Source: an uncultured cyanobacterium (GTDB lineage: Bacteria > Cyanobacteriota > Cyanobacteriia > Cyanobacteriales > CAWCAG01). From it: 64,000 nt of DNA. This document shows, in pieces, positions 16,383 through 27,114 of this stretch. The DNA lies in contig CAWCAG010000005.1 of NCBI GenBank assembly GCA_963793425.1, positions 1,088,001-1,152,000 on the forward strand. The letters run 5' to 3'. The translations under genes and the position numbers were made by a program. Below the pieces are notes generated by a model that saw nothing but the letters and a program-made list of their open reading frames with translations, did no database searches and was not told the origin of the DNA. How positions within the stretch are numbered: position 1 is the stretch's first letter; every line of letters starts with the position of its first letter.

Positions 16383-17618
16383 ATGATTCAAACAATAGCC
16401 TCAAAAGAAGCTCGAAATCCCTCAATAATAGCAGGAGATTGTCGGGAAATTGATTTACTTCTCTGTTGTAGCAGAACCTGTTTAGAAGCACCAGTTAAAG
16501 AACAAATAAAAGCTTTAGTCAAACAAGATATTGACTGGTCTAGATTAATTACTATAGCTGAACAACATGGAGTTAAACCTCTTTTATATCAAAGCCTTAA
16601 TCAAGTTTGTGCAAATGCTATTCCGCCAAATATTTTAAATCAACTCAAAAAAGATTTTCGTACTAACGCAGTACGCAACCTTTATTTAACTAGAGAGTTG
16701 CTTAAATTGCTCAAATTATTTACTAGTCATGATATACCTGTTCTTTGTATAAAAGGTCCTGCATTAGCAACTTTAGCCTATGGGGATCTTTCTTTAAGGC
16801 AATTTAGCGATTTAGATATTTTAATTTATGAAAAAGACATTATTAAAAGTAAAGATTTAATACTCTCCCAAGGATTTAAAATGCGCTTTCATGTTATTGA
16901 ATTAACTGAACAAGAAGAAAGTGCTTTTATGGAGTCCCAAAACATTCATAAGTTTGTGCGAGAAGGTGCTTATGAAATGGAATATCAAGGGGGAAAAGTA
17001 GTATTAGAGATACACTGGGAAGTAATTCCTAATTATTTTTCTTTCTCTCTCCAAGCTGATTATTTATGGGCTAATGCTCAGTCTGTTTCTCTACTTGGTC
17101 AAAAAGTATCTCACCTTTGTGTAGAAGACACTTTATTATTACTCTGCGGCCATGGTACGAAAGATTGTTGGGATAAATTGAACCGAGTTTGCGATATTGC
17201 GGAACTACTGCACAACCATCCCCAATTAAACTGGAAAAAAGTCAGAACAGAGGCGAAAAAAAGAGGAGGAGATCGCTTACTACTCCACAGTTTGTTATTA
17301 ACTCACAATCTTTTAGGGATAAGTTTACCTGAAGCTATTTGGCATGAAATTAATCAGGATCAGACAATTAGTGCGATCGCAAATCAAGCTCAAGAATGGC
17401 TTTTCTGTTCCTCTGCTAAACGACCTAAACCATTACAACAGTTTTTGTTTATTTTGAAAACCAAGGAACACCTACGGGATAAACTTAGCTATGCTCTCAG
17501 TATTGCCACAACCCCAACTCTTTCTGACTGGGCTTTATTGCCTCAATCTGACTTACCTCCTGTTTACTACTATTTACTGCGATCTTGGCGTATTTTAAGG
17601 AATACATTGCAGAGATAG
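16383..17618 (+). CDS. nucleotidyltransferase family protein (NTP_transf_5-like)
   Basis: IKGPALATLAYGDLSLRQFSDLDILI, LEIHW, HGTKDCW..L..VCD. Confidence 0.88.
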   Translation: MIQTIASKEARNPSIIAGDCREIDLLLCCSRTCLEAPVKEQIKALVKQDIDWSRLITIAEQHGVKPLLYQSLNQVCANAIPPNILNQLKKDFRTNAVRNLYLTRELLKLLKLFTSHDIPVLCIKGPALATLAYGDLSLRQFSDLDILIYEKDIIKSKDLILSQGFKMRFHVIELTEQEESAFMESQNIHKFVREGAYEMEYQGGKVVLEIHWEVIPNYFSFSLQADYLWANAQSVSLLGQKVSHLCVEDTLLLLCGHGTKDCWDKLNRVCDIAELLHNHPQLNWKKVRTEAKKRGGDRLLLHSLLLTHNLLGISLPEAIWHEINQDQTISAIANQAQEWLFCSSAKRPKPLQQFLFILKTKEHLRDKLSYALSIATTPTLSDWALLPQSDLPPVYYYLLRSWRILRNTLQR

Positions 17619-17640
17619 CTTAGCTGTTCGGGTAACAGGG

Positions 17641-17664
17641 AGGGCATTTAGTAAATAATGCCCT
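17641..17664 (+). terminator. hairpin after nucleotidyltransferase
   Basis: AGGGCATT / AATGCCCT inverted repeat. Confidence 0.5.
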
Positions 17665-18087
17665 ACTCCAAATCTCTTCAGCCTTTTTCTATGCCTACTG
17701 CTGGCATATCTTTGATTCGTGCATCCACTTTGAAACGCTCTAGCAATACGTGGAACATACGTGTCTGTTCCTCAACACTAAGTTGAGCAATCTGCTCAGC
17801 CAATGGCAGTGAAAGAGAACAGGTATTAGACCTCAATTCCCCATATGTAGATTTGCCTTGACTAAAGAGGCTTCGGCACAGAGTAAGTAAATTGTGTAAA
17901 GCTCCACTGGTGAGAGTATAGAGTCGTTGTCCAATAGTTTACTGTTGGTTTGCAGCAAAACTCAACCTTTCAGAATATTTGCTTAGTCTGTAATTGATTT
18001 GATGAAAACCCCATTTTGGTATATTTTGTATCTATTTTAATAATCTTCTTTGATTATCATGGTTCGGTAAAACCTTAATAAAAATAT

Positions 18088-20262
18088 ATGAGTGGAAATG
18101 AAGCCCGTCTCCAGGCAGTTCATCAGATCACTAATCAAGAGATGATGCCGCCTAACCCTCCTGAACCCTTAGAAAAGATTTGGGCAGAGAACGTCTTTGA
18201 TTTGAGTAAAATGCAGATGAGTCTCCCCAAAGCTGTCTTCAAATCGATTAAAAAAACCATCGCTACCGGTGAAAAGCTCGACCATTCCATTGCCGATGCC
18301 GTTGCCAATGCCATGAAAGACTGGGCAACATCCAAAGGGGCCCTTTATTACGCCCACGTCTTTTACCCCATGACAAACTTAACCGCAGAAAAGCACGACG
18401 GCTTTATCTCGGTACAAGGAGACGGCAAGGCTATTTCGGAATTTTCCGGTAAATTGTTGGTGCAAGGAGAGCCAGATGGCTCTTCATTCCCCAATGGTGG
18501 TATCCGAGGGACTTCTGAAGCACGGGGCTATACAGCTTGGGATGTTACCAGTCCTGCTTACATCATGGAAACCGACCACGGTTCCACATTCTGCATTCCT
18601 ACGGTTTTTGTCTCTTGGACAGGGGAAGCACTAGATAAAAAAGTGCCACTTTTGCGCTCCATCGCCGCTATGGATAAAGCCGCCAAGAAAGTTCTCAAGC
18701 TATTGGGACACGAAGATGTTGCCCGTGTCAACTCTAGCTGTGGCGCTGAGCAAGAATATTTCTTAGTTGATGCTAATTTTGCTAGGAAACGTCCTGACCT
18801 TCTTGTCGCAGGAAGAACCCTTTTTGGTAAAGCTCCTGCCAAAGGTCAAGAGTTTGACGACCATTACTTTGGGGCAATTCCCGATCGAGTTTTGGTTTTC
18901 ATGCAAGATGTTGAAGAAACCATGTACAAACTCGGTATCCCGGCAAAAACCCGACATAACGAAGTTGCCCCCGGTCAATTTGAAATCGCACCCTTCTTTG
19001 AAGCAGCAAACGTGGCGAGTGATCATCAACAACTCACCATGACCATTCTCAAGCGCACTGCCAAAAAGCACGGCTTTGTTTGCTTACTCCATGAAAAACC
19101 CTTTGCTGGTATCAATGGCTCTGGTAAGCACGTTAACTGGTCTGTGGGCAATGCAACCCAAGGAAACTTACTTGATCCAGGAGATTCTCCCCATGAAAAT
19201 GCTCAGTTCTTGGTTTTCTGTGGTGCAGTCATTCGAGGTGTTCACAAATATGCACCTCTCATGCGTGCTGTCATTGCTAGCAGTAGCAACGACCACCGGT
19301 TAGGAGCAAATGAAGCACCTCCTGCAATTATGTCTGTATATTTGGGGACACAATTAGAAGAAGTCTTCGAGCAGATTAAAAATGGCTCGGTTAGCGGCTC
19401 CAAGAAAAAAGGTGTAATTGATCTGGGGATTGATGTTTTGCCTCCCCTCACCAAAGATGCTGGGGACAGAAACCGCACCTCTCCCTTTGCCTTCACCGGT
19501 AATCGCTTTGAATTCCGTGCTGTAGGTTCAAATCAATCAGTATCAGGACCCTTAGTTGCTCTCAACACCATCTTGGCAGAGTCTCTTGATTGGGTTGGTA
19601 ATCGCTTAGAAAGTGAATTATCTAAGGAAGAGGATCTCAATACTGCTATCGTCACAGTCCTTAAAGAAGTGATGGAAGACCATGGTGCAGTTATTTTTGG
19701 CGGCGATGGTTATTCTGAAGAATGGCACAAAATGGCCGTTGAAGAGCGTGGTTTACCCAACTTACCTACCACAGCAGATGCTTTGCCAGCCCTCAAAGCA
19801 GAATATATTGAAGACTTGTTTAAGAAAACAGGAGTTTTGACACCTGTTGAGCTTGACAGCCGCTTTGAAGTTTATGCAGAGCAGTATATTCTTTCTATTG
19901 AAGTTGAAGCCAAGCTGGTAGTTAACATGGCGAAGACAGTTATTTATCCCACAGCAGTGGCATATTTATCAGAGCTTTCTTCTACCATTGCTAGTTTGAC
20001 TGGTTTGGGAATTGACCTGGAAAAGGATAGTGCCAAAAAAGTGGCAAGCCTAACCAATTCTCTGGTTGAAGCAACTGGCAAGCTGAGTGCAGCCATGGAA
20101 AAACATGACTTCCCCTCAACTGAAGAGCATATGAACTATTGCGCCCAGACAATTCGCTCTTTAATGGATGAAGTTCGTGGCTATGCTGATGCCCTAGAAG
20201 GTGAAGTTGCTGATAGCTTCTGGCCATTGCCAACTTACCAAGAAATGCTATTCATCAAGTAA
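18088..20262 (+). CDS. glnN: glutamine synthetase type III
   Basis: [62 protein letters not shown]; 724 aa. Confidence 0.97.
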   Translation: MSGNEARLQAVHQITNQEMMPPNPPEPLEKIWAENVFDLSKMQMSLPKAVFKSIKKTIATGEKLDHSIADAVANAMKDWATSKGALYYAHVFYPMTNLTAEKHDGFISVQGDGKAISEFSGKLLVQGEPDGSSFPNGGIRGTSEARGYTAWDVTSPAYIMETDHGSTFCIPTVFVSWTGEALDKKVPLLRSIAAMDKAAKKVLKLLGHEDVARVNSSCGAEQEYFLVDANFARKRPDLLVAGRTLFGKAPAKGQEFDDHYFGAIPDRVLVFMQDVEETMYKLGIPAKTRHNEVAPGQFEIAPFFEAANVASDHQQLTMTILKRTAKKHGFVCLLHEKPFAGINGSGKHVNWSVGNATQGNLLDPGDSPHENAQFLVFCGAVIRGVHKYAPLMRAVIASSSNDHRLGANEAPPAIMSVYLGTQLEEVFEQIKNGSVSGSKKKGVIDLGIDVLPPLTKDAGDRNRTSPFAFTGNRFEFRAVGSNQSVSGPLVALNTILAESLDWVGNRLESELSKEEDLNTAIVTVLKEVMEDHGAVIFGGDGYSEEWHKMAVEERGLPNLPTTADALPALKAEYIEDLFKKTGVLTPVELDSRFEVYAEQYILSIEVEAKLVVNMAKTVIYPTAVAYLSELSSTIASLTGLGIDLEKDSAKKVASLTNSLVEATGKLSAAMEKHDFPSTEEHMNYCAQTIRSLMDEVRGYADALEGEVADSFWPLPTYQEMLFIK

Positions 20263-20423
20263 GAGTAAACCCACTCATTCTATCCTCACTTTCTCCTAAA
20301 GGTTAAAACTCAAAAAGTTGAAACTAAAAGGAGAAAAAGGACAGGGGCATCTTTTCATTGAACATTGAACATTTATCATTAAACATTGAAGAATTTTTGT
20401 TCCATAAACGTTTTAAACAAATA

Positions 20424-21365
20424 CTATTCTAAATTAGCTAAATTTATTTCTGATTTTTCGCCGTTGTGGATAGTTTTACTGCCTTTTAATTTAGATAATA
20501 ATTCCTCAGTTAATTTCGCAAAAGCTTTAGAACCTACAGAGTTAGGGCTAGTTAAAACAACAGGTCTAAAGGCATCCACCGCTTTGGCTACGTTGACATC
20601 CATAGGAATGCGAACATCAAAAATTTGGCTGGGGCTGAAGTCTTCAGAAACTCTCCGCATCACCTGGCGATAGTAGCGCCCAACTAAACGACCTCCGGAA
20701 AGAATAAAAACAATACCCAATAGTTTTAAATCAAAAGGATTATCTTGACTGTGATTTTCTTTTAGTTTGGCAACACGTCTTTCTAATAGTTGAATGCCCA
20801 CCAAAGATAAAGGCTCAGGACGGGCAGGAAGTAAATAAAAGTCGCTAGCAGCAATACCACTTCGGGTTAAAAGATTATAGCCAGGGGCGCAGTCCATAAT
20901 AATAAAATCATACTGCTTAATTACTGGTTCGAGGATTTTTCTAATTAAATTACTTTCTAAACTATTCCAAACTTGATTGAAATTAAGCCCATTTTGAGAA
21001 CTAGCTTTTTCATGGAGCATTTCCGAGACTAAATATTCATCATAAAGTTCAATGTCCCCCGGCAACAAATCCATTCCTTTGACACTACAAATATAGGGAC
21101 AAATCAGATCCTGGGTAGAAAACTTTTTTTTAGTATTCGGTTTAATATATTGAGCAATTAAATTATTTAAAGTGCGCCTTTCTTTCCTCACTTTGGCAAA
21201 ATCATGGGGCGACATTAAGCTTAAGGTAGCGCTGATTTGCGAATCTAGGTCAACTACTAAGACTCGCTTGTTATGATTTCTGGCTAAACAAGTGGCTAAA
21301 TTAACCGTTAAAGTCGTCTTCCCGACACCACCTTTCATATTAACCGTACTAATGACAAATCCCAT
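20424..21365 (-). CDS. ParA/Soj family ATPase
   Basis: NMKGGVGKTT deviant Walker A, VDLDSQ, MDCAP. Confidence 0.92.
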   Translation of the reverse strand: MGFVISTVNMKGGVGKTTLTVNLATCLARNHNKRVLVVDLDSQISATLSLMSPHDFAKVRKERRTLNNLIAQYIKPNTKKKFSTQDLICPYICSVKGMDLLPGDIELYDEYLVSEMLHEKASSQNGLNFNQVWNSLESNLIRKILEPVIKQYDFIIMDCAPGYNLLTRSGIAASDFYLLPARPEPLSLVGIQLLERRVAKLKENHSQDNPFDLKLLGIVFILSGGRLVGRYYRQVMRRVSEDFSPSQIFDVRIPMDVNVAKAVDAFRPVVLTSPNSVGSKAFAKLTEELLSKLKGSKTIHNGEKSEINLANLE

Positions 21366-21576
21366 GGGCAGAATCCAATCCCTTTAAATAAAAGCGTTAG
21401 CCAACATTATAGATTAGCCAAAATCCCATTTTAGTCTTTCGTTGTTGAGGAACTCACCCTTCTTTAGGGGAAGAACAAGATTTGAAACTATCCTTCATAA
21501 ACGCAAGGGCTACAGTATACTCAGTTCTGCTAAAATTCAGGGGTCGAAGTCATATCCTATAATTATTATAACCTTT

Positions 21577-21670
21577 GGGGTCGCCCTTGACGGGAATTAA
21601 AGGTAGGGCAGGCGACCCGATGTAATCAGTTTTCAACTCTCCAAGTTAATGAAAACGGGTCGCCTCTACA
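21577..21670. repeat. REP-like palindromic repeat cluster
   Basis: GGGTCGCC, GTAGGGCAGGCGACCCG and CGGGTCGCCTCTAC in inverted arrangement with GTAG ends. Confidence 0.55.
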
Positions 21671-21696
21671 GAGAATGTTGGTTTTCAGGCTAAGGA

Positions 21697-21722
21697 TGTT
21701 TTTACAAATATGAGATGCACCC
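21697..21722. repeat. dispersed repeat end (MITE-like), second copy inverted at 52110-52136
   Basis: TGTTTTTACAAATATGAGATGCACCC is near-identical to the reverse complement of GGGGGCATCTCAATATTTGTAAAAACA. Confidence 0.65.
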
Positions 21723-21723
21723 G

Positions 21724-21849
21724 GTGATTTCGTAGTGGATAAGTTAATTCAGTAACGAATTAGTAGAATGGGGTGTACCAAAAGAAGACATCGTTTTAGC
21801 CTATTATGCTCCTTATAAACGCCCATATACTGGATTTGCTGTTGATTGA
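21724..21849 (+). pseudogene. xisI: xisH/xisI remnant with internal deletion
   Basis: GTG-DKLIQ (XisI-like start) joined out of frame to NELVEWGVPKEDIVLAYYAPYKRPYTGFAVD* (XisI C-terminus). Confidence 0.8.
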
Positions 21850-22537
21850 TATTAAGCTTTGGAGCCATTTTTGTGGCATGACCTCTGGAATTAAACAGAA
21901 TACCAATTAAATCAATTTGAGTGCGATCGCTCTTTTTCAATTGTTGTATTCTACCTTCTAATATACCAACACCAATAACAGATAAGGGTTCGGGTTTAGC
22001 AGGGACAAGATAGAAGTCGCTGGCGAGGATGCCGCTACGGGTGAGTAAATGATCTCCTGGGGGAAAGTCTAGCAAGATGAAATCATATTCATCTATTACT
22101 GGTTTGAGAATTTTCTTGATTAACTCATCTTCAAATTTTTGCCAATTACGTTCAAATTCTTGCAGATTGCCTTGAGATTGGGAATAAATAACTGCTGCTA
22201 TGTAAAAGTCATTATAAAGTTCAATATCTCCTGGTAACAAATCAAAACCAGGAATCTGACAAATCTCGCGCTTGATGACTTCTTGGGTAGAGAGATGATT
22301 TTGATTAATCGGTTGAATAATTTGGTTAATTAAGGTTCTTAAGGTGAATTTCTCTTTCTTTAATTTGGTGAAATATACAGGCGGTAACAGACTTAGGGTG
22401 GCGTTGATTTGCATATCTAAATCTACTACCAAGACTTTTTTATTAAAATCTTTAGCTAAACAGGTGGCTAAGTTAACCGTAACGGTAGTTTTGCCTACGC
22501 CGCCTTTCATATTAACGATAGAAACTACATATCCCAT
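21749..22537 (-). pseudogene. second ParA family ATPase, 3'-truncated
   Basis: KGGVGKTT; similarity to the paralogue ends near 21855 and the last ~35 aa are antisense to the xisI remnant. Confidence 0.75.
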
Positions 22538-22975
22538 AAAATCATTTTAAGCTGATTTTCTCACTGATTGAGAGGATTTTTACTTTTAGGGAAGTTTGCG
22601 ATCGCAATTCAGCTTAGTTGCCTAATTTGTCTTGCTGTTTTCTCCCTTGAAATGATATTATGTATATTGTGAAAAAGGTGCGCTCTTAGAAACGCTTTTT
22701 CAAAGGTATTTTTTAATTCTTTTCAGTTAAGAATTTTTTTATTTATTGGCGCTGATTTTATGGTATTCTTTTTTTTAAAGAAAAACTTTTATAATGGGAA
22801 TATAAGCATCTGTATTTTTAAGCCACCATTCCCATTATGATACTCAAAATTAACTTTATCATAAAATTGCGCCTTTAGTTCGTTTAAATTCTTCTTTACT
22901 CAAAGGGACTTCCCCCGCCATCTTTTGTGGAAAGATTTTCTTTTGCTGCTGTAGGCTTTTTTTTATATAGTTAGG

Positions 22976-25891
22976 ATGGTAAGAAATAGTACTATTGCCA
23001 ATATCTCAACTATCCTGAAAACAGTGACAGAAGCTAAAAGTTACAAAGAAACCGTCAATTTGCCCCAAACCAAATTTAATATGCGGGCTAACGCTGTTAA
23101 GCGGGAGCCTGAACTGCAAAAGTTTTGGTCAGACAATCAAATTTACGAAAAACTGTCCCAGGATAATCCCGGAGATATTTTTGTTTTGCATGACGGACCT
23201 CCCTATGCTAACGGTGACTTGCATATGGGTCATGCCTTAAATAAAGTACTTAAAGATATTATCAACAAATATAAATTGTTGCGGGGTTACAAAGCTCGTT
23301 ACGTTCCTGGTTGGGACTGTCACGGTTTGCCCATTGAATTGAAAGTCCTGCAAAAAATGAAATCTGAGGTGAGGAAGAATCTTACTCCCTTGAAATTGCG
23401 CTACAAGGCTAGGGATTTTGCCTTAAAGACCATTGAGAAACAAAAGGTTGGTTTTAAACGCTTTGGTATTTGGGGAGAATGGGAAACCCCTTACTTAACC
23501 TTGTCTCCAGAATACGAAGCCGCCCAAATTGGTGTCTTTGGACAGATGGCTTTGAAAGGTTATATTTATCGGGGTTTAAAACCAGTACATTGGAGTCCTA
23601 GTTCCCGCACTGCCCTAGCCGAAGCAGAGTTAGAATATCCTGAAGGGCATACCTCCCGGAGTATTTACGTTGCCTTCCCAGTAACGAAGTTGGGAGAGGG
23701 TGCAAAAAAAGTTTTAGGTGAATTTTTACCTAACCTCAATGTTGCCATTTGGACAACCACTCCTTGGACAATCCCCGCTAACTTAGGGGTTGCAGCTAAC
23801 CCTAAGCTTACCTACGCAGTGGTTGAGAATGGAAACCGAAAGCATTTTATTGTGGCCGCAGATTTAGTTGAACAGTTGGCTGCAACCTTAGAAACTAGTT
23901 TAACGGTGAAAGCAACCCTCTCCGGAGAAGCCTTAGAACATACGAAATATCGCCATCCTTTGTTTGATCGGGAAAGCGAAGTTCTCATCGGTGGTGATTA
24001 TGTTACCACAGCCTCCGGTACAGGTTTGGTACATACAGCCCCCGGCCATGGTAGCGATGACTATCTTGTGGGGCAACGTTATGGTTTGCCTGTACTTTCT
24101 CCTGTAGATGATGCCGGGAACTTTACTGATGAAGCAGGGCAGTTTGCTGGGTTGAATGTGCTTAAGGATGCTAACGGTGCAATTATCGCTGCTTTAACCG
24201 AAGCAGGGGCTTTATTGAAAGAAGAAGCCTACAGTCATAAATATCCCTATGATTGGCGTACTAAAAAACCTACCATTTTCCGGGCAACAGAACAGTGGTT
24301 TGCATCGGTGGCTGAGTTTAGGGATACGGCTTTAGAGGAGATTGCGAAAATTAATTGGATTCCGGCGAAGGGAGAGAAACGCATTACACCAATGGTTGCA
24401 GATCGTTCTGATTGGTGTATTTCTCGGCAACGTAGTTGGGGTGTTCCCATTCCCGTTTTTTATGACGAGGAAAGCAACGAAGCTTTATTAAACCAAGAGA
24501 CAATCTCCCACATTCAAGAAATTGTGGCAGAGAAAGGTTCTGATGCTTGGTGGCAACTCTCTGTAGAGGAACTTTTGCCAGAAAAATATCGTAACAATGG
24601 ACGCAGTTACCGCAAAGGCACAGATACCATGGATGTTTGGTTTGATTCTGGTTCATCTTGGGCTTCAGTGGTTAAACAAAGGGACAATTTAACCTACCCC
24701 GCAGATATTTATTTAGAAGGTACTGATCAGCATCGGGGTTGGTTTCAATCTAGCTTACTAACCAGCGTTGCCGTGAATGATTGCGCTCCCTACAAAACTG
24801 TTTTAACCCACGGTTTTACCTTGGATGAAAAGGGTGTGAAAATGAGTAAATCTCAAGGTAATGGTATTGATCCTTTAGTGATTATCAACGGGGGCAAAAA
24901 CCAGAAAAAAGAACCTGCTTACGGTGCAGATGTGATGCGGCTGTGGGTTTCTTCTACAGATTACTCTTCTGATGTCACCTTCGGCCCCAACATTGTTAAG
25001 CAATTAGCGGATGTCTATCGTAAGATTCGCAACACAGCCAGATTTCTTTTAGGTAACTTACATGATTTTGATCCGGCAAGCAATTCAGTTGCTTATGCAG
25101 ACTTGCCAGAATTAGATCAATATATGTTGCATCGCATCACAGAAGTATTTACCGATGTCACCGAAGCTTTTGAAACGTTCCAATTCTTCCGCTTCTTCCA
25201 AACCGTACAAAACTTTTGTGTTGTTGATCTTTCCAACTTCTACCTTGATATTGCTAAAGATCGTTTATACATCTCCTACCCCGACTCTCCCCGTCGCCGC
25301 AGTTGCCAAACAGTTTTAGCTGTTGCTTTAGAAAATTTAGCCTCTGCGATCGCACCAGTGATGTGTCATATGGCAGAAGATATTTGGCAAGCTTTCCCTT
25401 ACCAAACTCCTACCAAATCAGTGTTTGCTGCTGGTTGGATAGAGTTAAAAGAAGAATGGCACAAACCGGAATTAGCACAAACTTGGACAACCTTAAGAGA
25501 AATTCGCAACGAGGTTAACAAAGTGATGGAACAAGCTAGGATAGAAAAAAAGATTGGATCTTCATTGGAAGCTAAGGTTTTATTGTACATTGCTGATGAA
25601 GAATTACGGAATCGCCTTGCTACATTCAATCCCAATGACAGTTTAGGAGAAAATCGCATTGATGCCTTACGTTATCTCCTCCTTGCTTCCCAAGTAGAGT
25701 TATTAGATAACCCTAAAAAGGCAGAAGCAGCTAAGTACAATGCCCAGGCAGAAGGAATGACGATCGGGATTGTTAACGCTGATGGGGAAAAGTGCGATCG
25801 CTGTTGGAATTATTCAAGCCAGGTGGGACAAATCACAGAACATCCTACTATTTGTGAACGTTGCGATGCTGCATTAAAAGAGAAGTTTTAA
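22976..25891 (+). CDS. ileS: isoleucine--tRNA ligase (likely start GTG at 23024)
   Basis: DGPPYANGDLHMGH, DWCISRQR, KMSKS, C-terminal CDRCW...CERC. Confidence 0.98.
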   Translation: MVRNSTIANISTILKTVTEAKSYKETVNLPQTKFNMRANAVKREPELQKFWSDNQIYEKLSQDNPGDIFVLHDGPPYANGDLHMGHALNKVLKDIINKYKLLRGYKARYVPGWDCHGLPIELKVLQKMKSEVRKNLTPLKLRYKARDFALKTIEKQKVGFKRFGIWGEWETPYLTLSPEYEAAQIGVFGQMALKGYIYRGLKPVHWSPSSRTALAEAELEYPEGHTSRSIYVAFPVTKLGEGAKKVLGEFLPNLNVAIWTTTPWTIPANLGVAANPKLTYAVVENGNRKHFIVAADLVEQLAATLETSLTVKATLSGEALEHTKYRHPLFDRESEVLIGGDYVTTASGTGLVHTAPGHGSDDYLVGQRYGLPVLSPVDDAGNFTDEAGQFAGLNVLKDANGAIIAALTEAGALLKEEAYSHKYPYDWRTKKPTIFRATEQWFASVAEFRDTALEEIAKINWIPAKGEKRITPMVADRSDWCISRQRSWGVPIPVFYDEESNEALLNQETISHIQEIVAEKGSDAWWQLSVEELLPEKYRNNGRSYRKGTDTMDVWFDSGSSWASVVKQRDNLTYPADIYLEGTDQHRGWFQSSLLTSVAVNDCAPYKTVLTHGFTLDEKGVKMSKSQGNGIDPLVIINGGKNQKKEPAYGADVMRLWVSSTDYSSDVTFGPNIVKQLADVYRKIRNTARFLLGNLHDFDPASNSVAYADLPELDQYMLHRITEVFTDVTEAFETFQFFRFFQTVQNFCVVDLSNFYLDIAKDRLYISYPDSPRRRSCQTVLAVALENLASAIAPVMCHMAEDIWQAFPYQTPTKSVFAAGWIELKEEWHKPELAQTWTTLREIRNEVNKVMEQARIEKKIGSSLEAKVLLYIADEELRNRLATFNPNDSLGENRIDALRYLLLASQVELLDNPKKAEAAKYNAQAEGMTIGIVNADGEKCDRCWNYSSQVGQITEHPTICERCDAALKEKF

Positions 25892-26031
25892 TAGGATTCT
25901 GCTAATGGCTAATGGCTAATCGTGACAAGTTAAGGTTTTGTGTAATTCGGTAGGGTGGGCAAGCTGACGGGGTGACAGAGGAGTTAAAAGGAAGACTATA
26001 TATAACATGAAACGCCTAAAATGCTGTAATC

Positions 26032-26062
26032 TTAGGGTGTGTTAGCGCAGCGTAACGCACCT
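26032..26062. repeat. REP-like palindrome (related copy at 48169-48201)
   Basis: TAGGGTGTGTTAGCGCAGCGTAACGCACC hairpin. Confidence 0.7.
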
Positions 26063-26144
26063 TTGACTCTATATGTGGTGTATAGAAATTGCTATAATGA
26101 CTGTTGTGAGTAAAAATGTTTTAATGCTTAATGTTCAATAAGCA

Positions 26145-27092
26145 ATGACACAAGAATTAGCCATAGAAACTCGTGGACTTACTAAGCAATTTGATCGCCA
26201 TGTTGCTGTTCGGGAAATGGATCTGCAAATAGCTTGCGGTGAAGTTTATGGTTTAATTGGCCCTAATGGGGCAGGAAAAACCACTTTAATTCGGATGTTA
26301 GCTGCAGCAGAAGAACCAACAAATGGGGAAATTTATCTCAATGGCGATCGCCTCACCAGAGATGATAGCAACCTAACTCTTAAACAACGTTTAGGTTATC
26401 TTCCTGACGACTTCCCTTTATATGAAGATTTAACAGTTTGGGATTATCTTGACTATTTTGCCCGGTTGTATCGCCTCAAGCAACCTCAACGCCATCGTAG
26501 GTTGTACGAAGTGTTGGAACTAGTACAGTTAGGGAATAAGCGCCGTAGCGTTATTTCTACTTTATCACGGGGGATGAAACAGCGTCTCAGTTTGGCTCGA
26601 ACTATTATCCACGAACCGATTTTACTGCTTTTAGATGAACCTGTTTCCGGCTTAGATCCTATCGCGAGAATGCAGTTTCGTGACATCATTAAAGTATTGC
26701 AAGAAGCCGGGATGACAATCTTAATTTCTTCCCATGTCCTTAGTGATTTAGCCGAATTATGTACCTCAGTGGGGATTATGGAGTTAGGTTACTTAGTAGA
26801 AAATGCTTCATTGCCAGAACTTTATCAACGTTTAAGCCAAAAGCAAATTACTATTTCCACCTTAGATAAATTAGACTTATTACAAGCCCAGTTAAGCAAC
26901 AATCCTTTAGTACAAGAGTGGCAAGTTTTTGGGAAAAATAGTTTGCGAGTTAACTTTTCTGGAGGAACTCAAGATAGTGTAAATTTGTTGCGATCGCTAG
27001 TAAAATTAGATATTCCCCTGACAGGCTTCCATTGTACTGAAGAGGATTTAGAAAGTATTTTTCTCAAACTAGGACATCAACAAGCCATCTAA
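26145..27092 (+). CDS. ABC-2 type transporter ATP-binding protein
   Basis: GPNGAGKTT, LSRGMKQR, LLLDEP, SSH. Confidence 0.95.
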   Translation: MTQELAIETRGLTKQFDRHVAVREMDLQIACGEVYGLIGPNGAGKTTLIRMLAAAEEPTNGEIYLNGDRLTRDDSNLTLKQRLGYLPDDFPLYEDLTVWDYLDYFARLYRLKQPQRHRRLYEVLELVQLGNKRRSVISTLSRGMKQRLSLARTIIHEPILLLLDEPVSGLDPIARMQFRDIIKVLQEAGMTILISSHVLSDLAELCTSVGIMELGYLVENASLPELYQRLSQKQITISTLDKLDLLQAQLSNNPLVQEWQVFGKNSLRVNFSGGTQDSVNLLRSLVKLDIPLTGFHCTEEDLESIFLKLGHQQAI

Positions 27093-27114
27093 TTTTTGAT
27101 TTTCAACTTGTATT

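Noticed and set aside
17678..17937. Minus-strand open frame (TIGQRLYTL...MPAVGIEKG*) beside the cluster as precursor or gene
   Set aside because: No convincing start, no leader motif, no family recognised; may be a relic but unsupported
18019..18060. NtcA-activated promoter for glnN
   Set aside because: GTA-N8-ATC lies 22 nt before TATCAT, but the right half-site is not TAC; too degenerate to call
18135..20233. Short overlapping ORFs within glnN (and similar ones within ileS, chlP, lysC, prk)
   Set aside because: Alternative-frame or antisense artefacts inside well-supported genes
20424..22537. Chromosome partition locus
   Set aside because: No parB or parS seen; orphan ParA-family ATPases
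22560..22975. T-box or riboswitch upstream of ileS
   Set aside because: No T-box consensus; only an 11-bp inverted repeat (22791-22838) of unknown meaning
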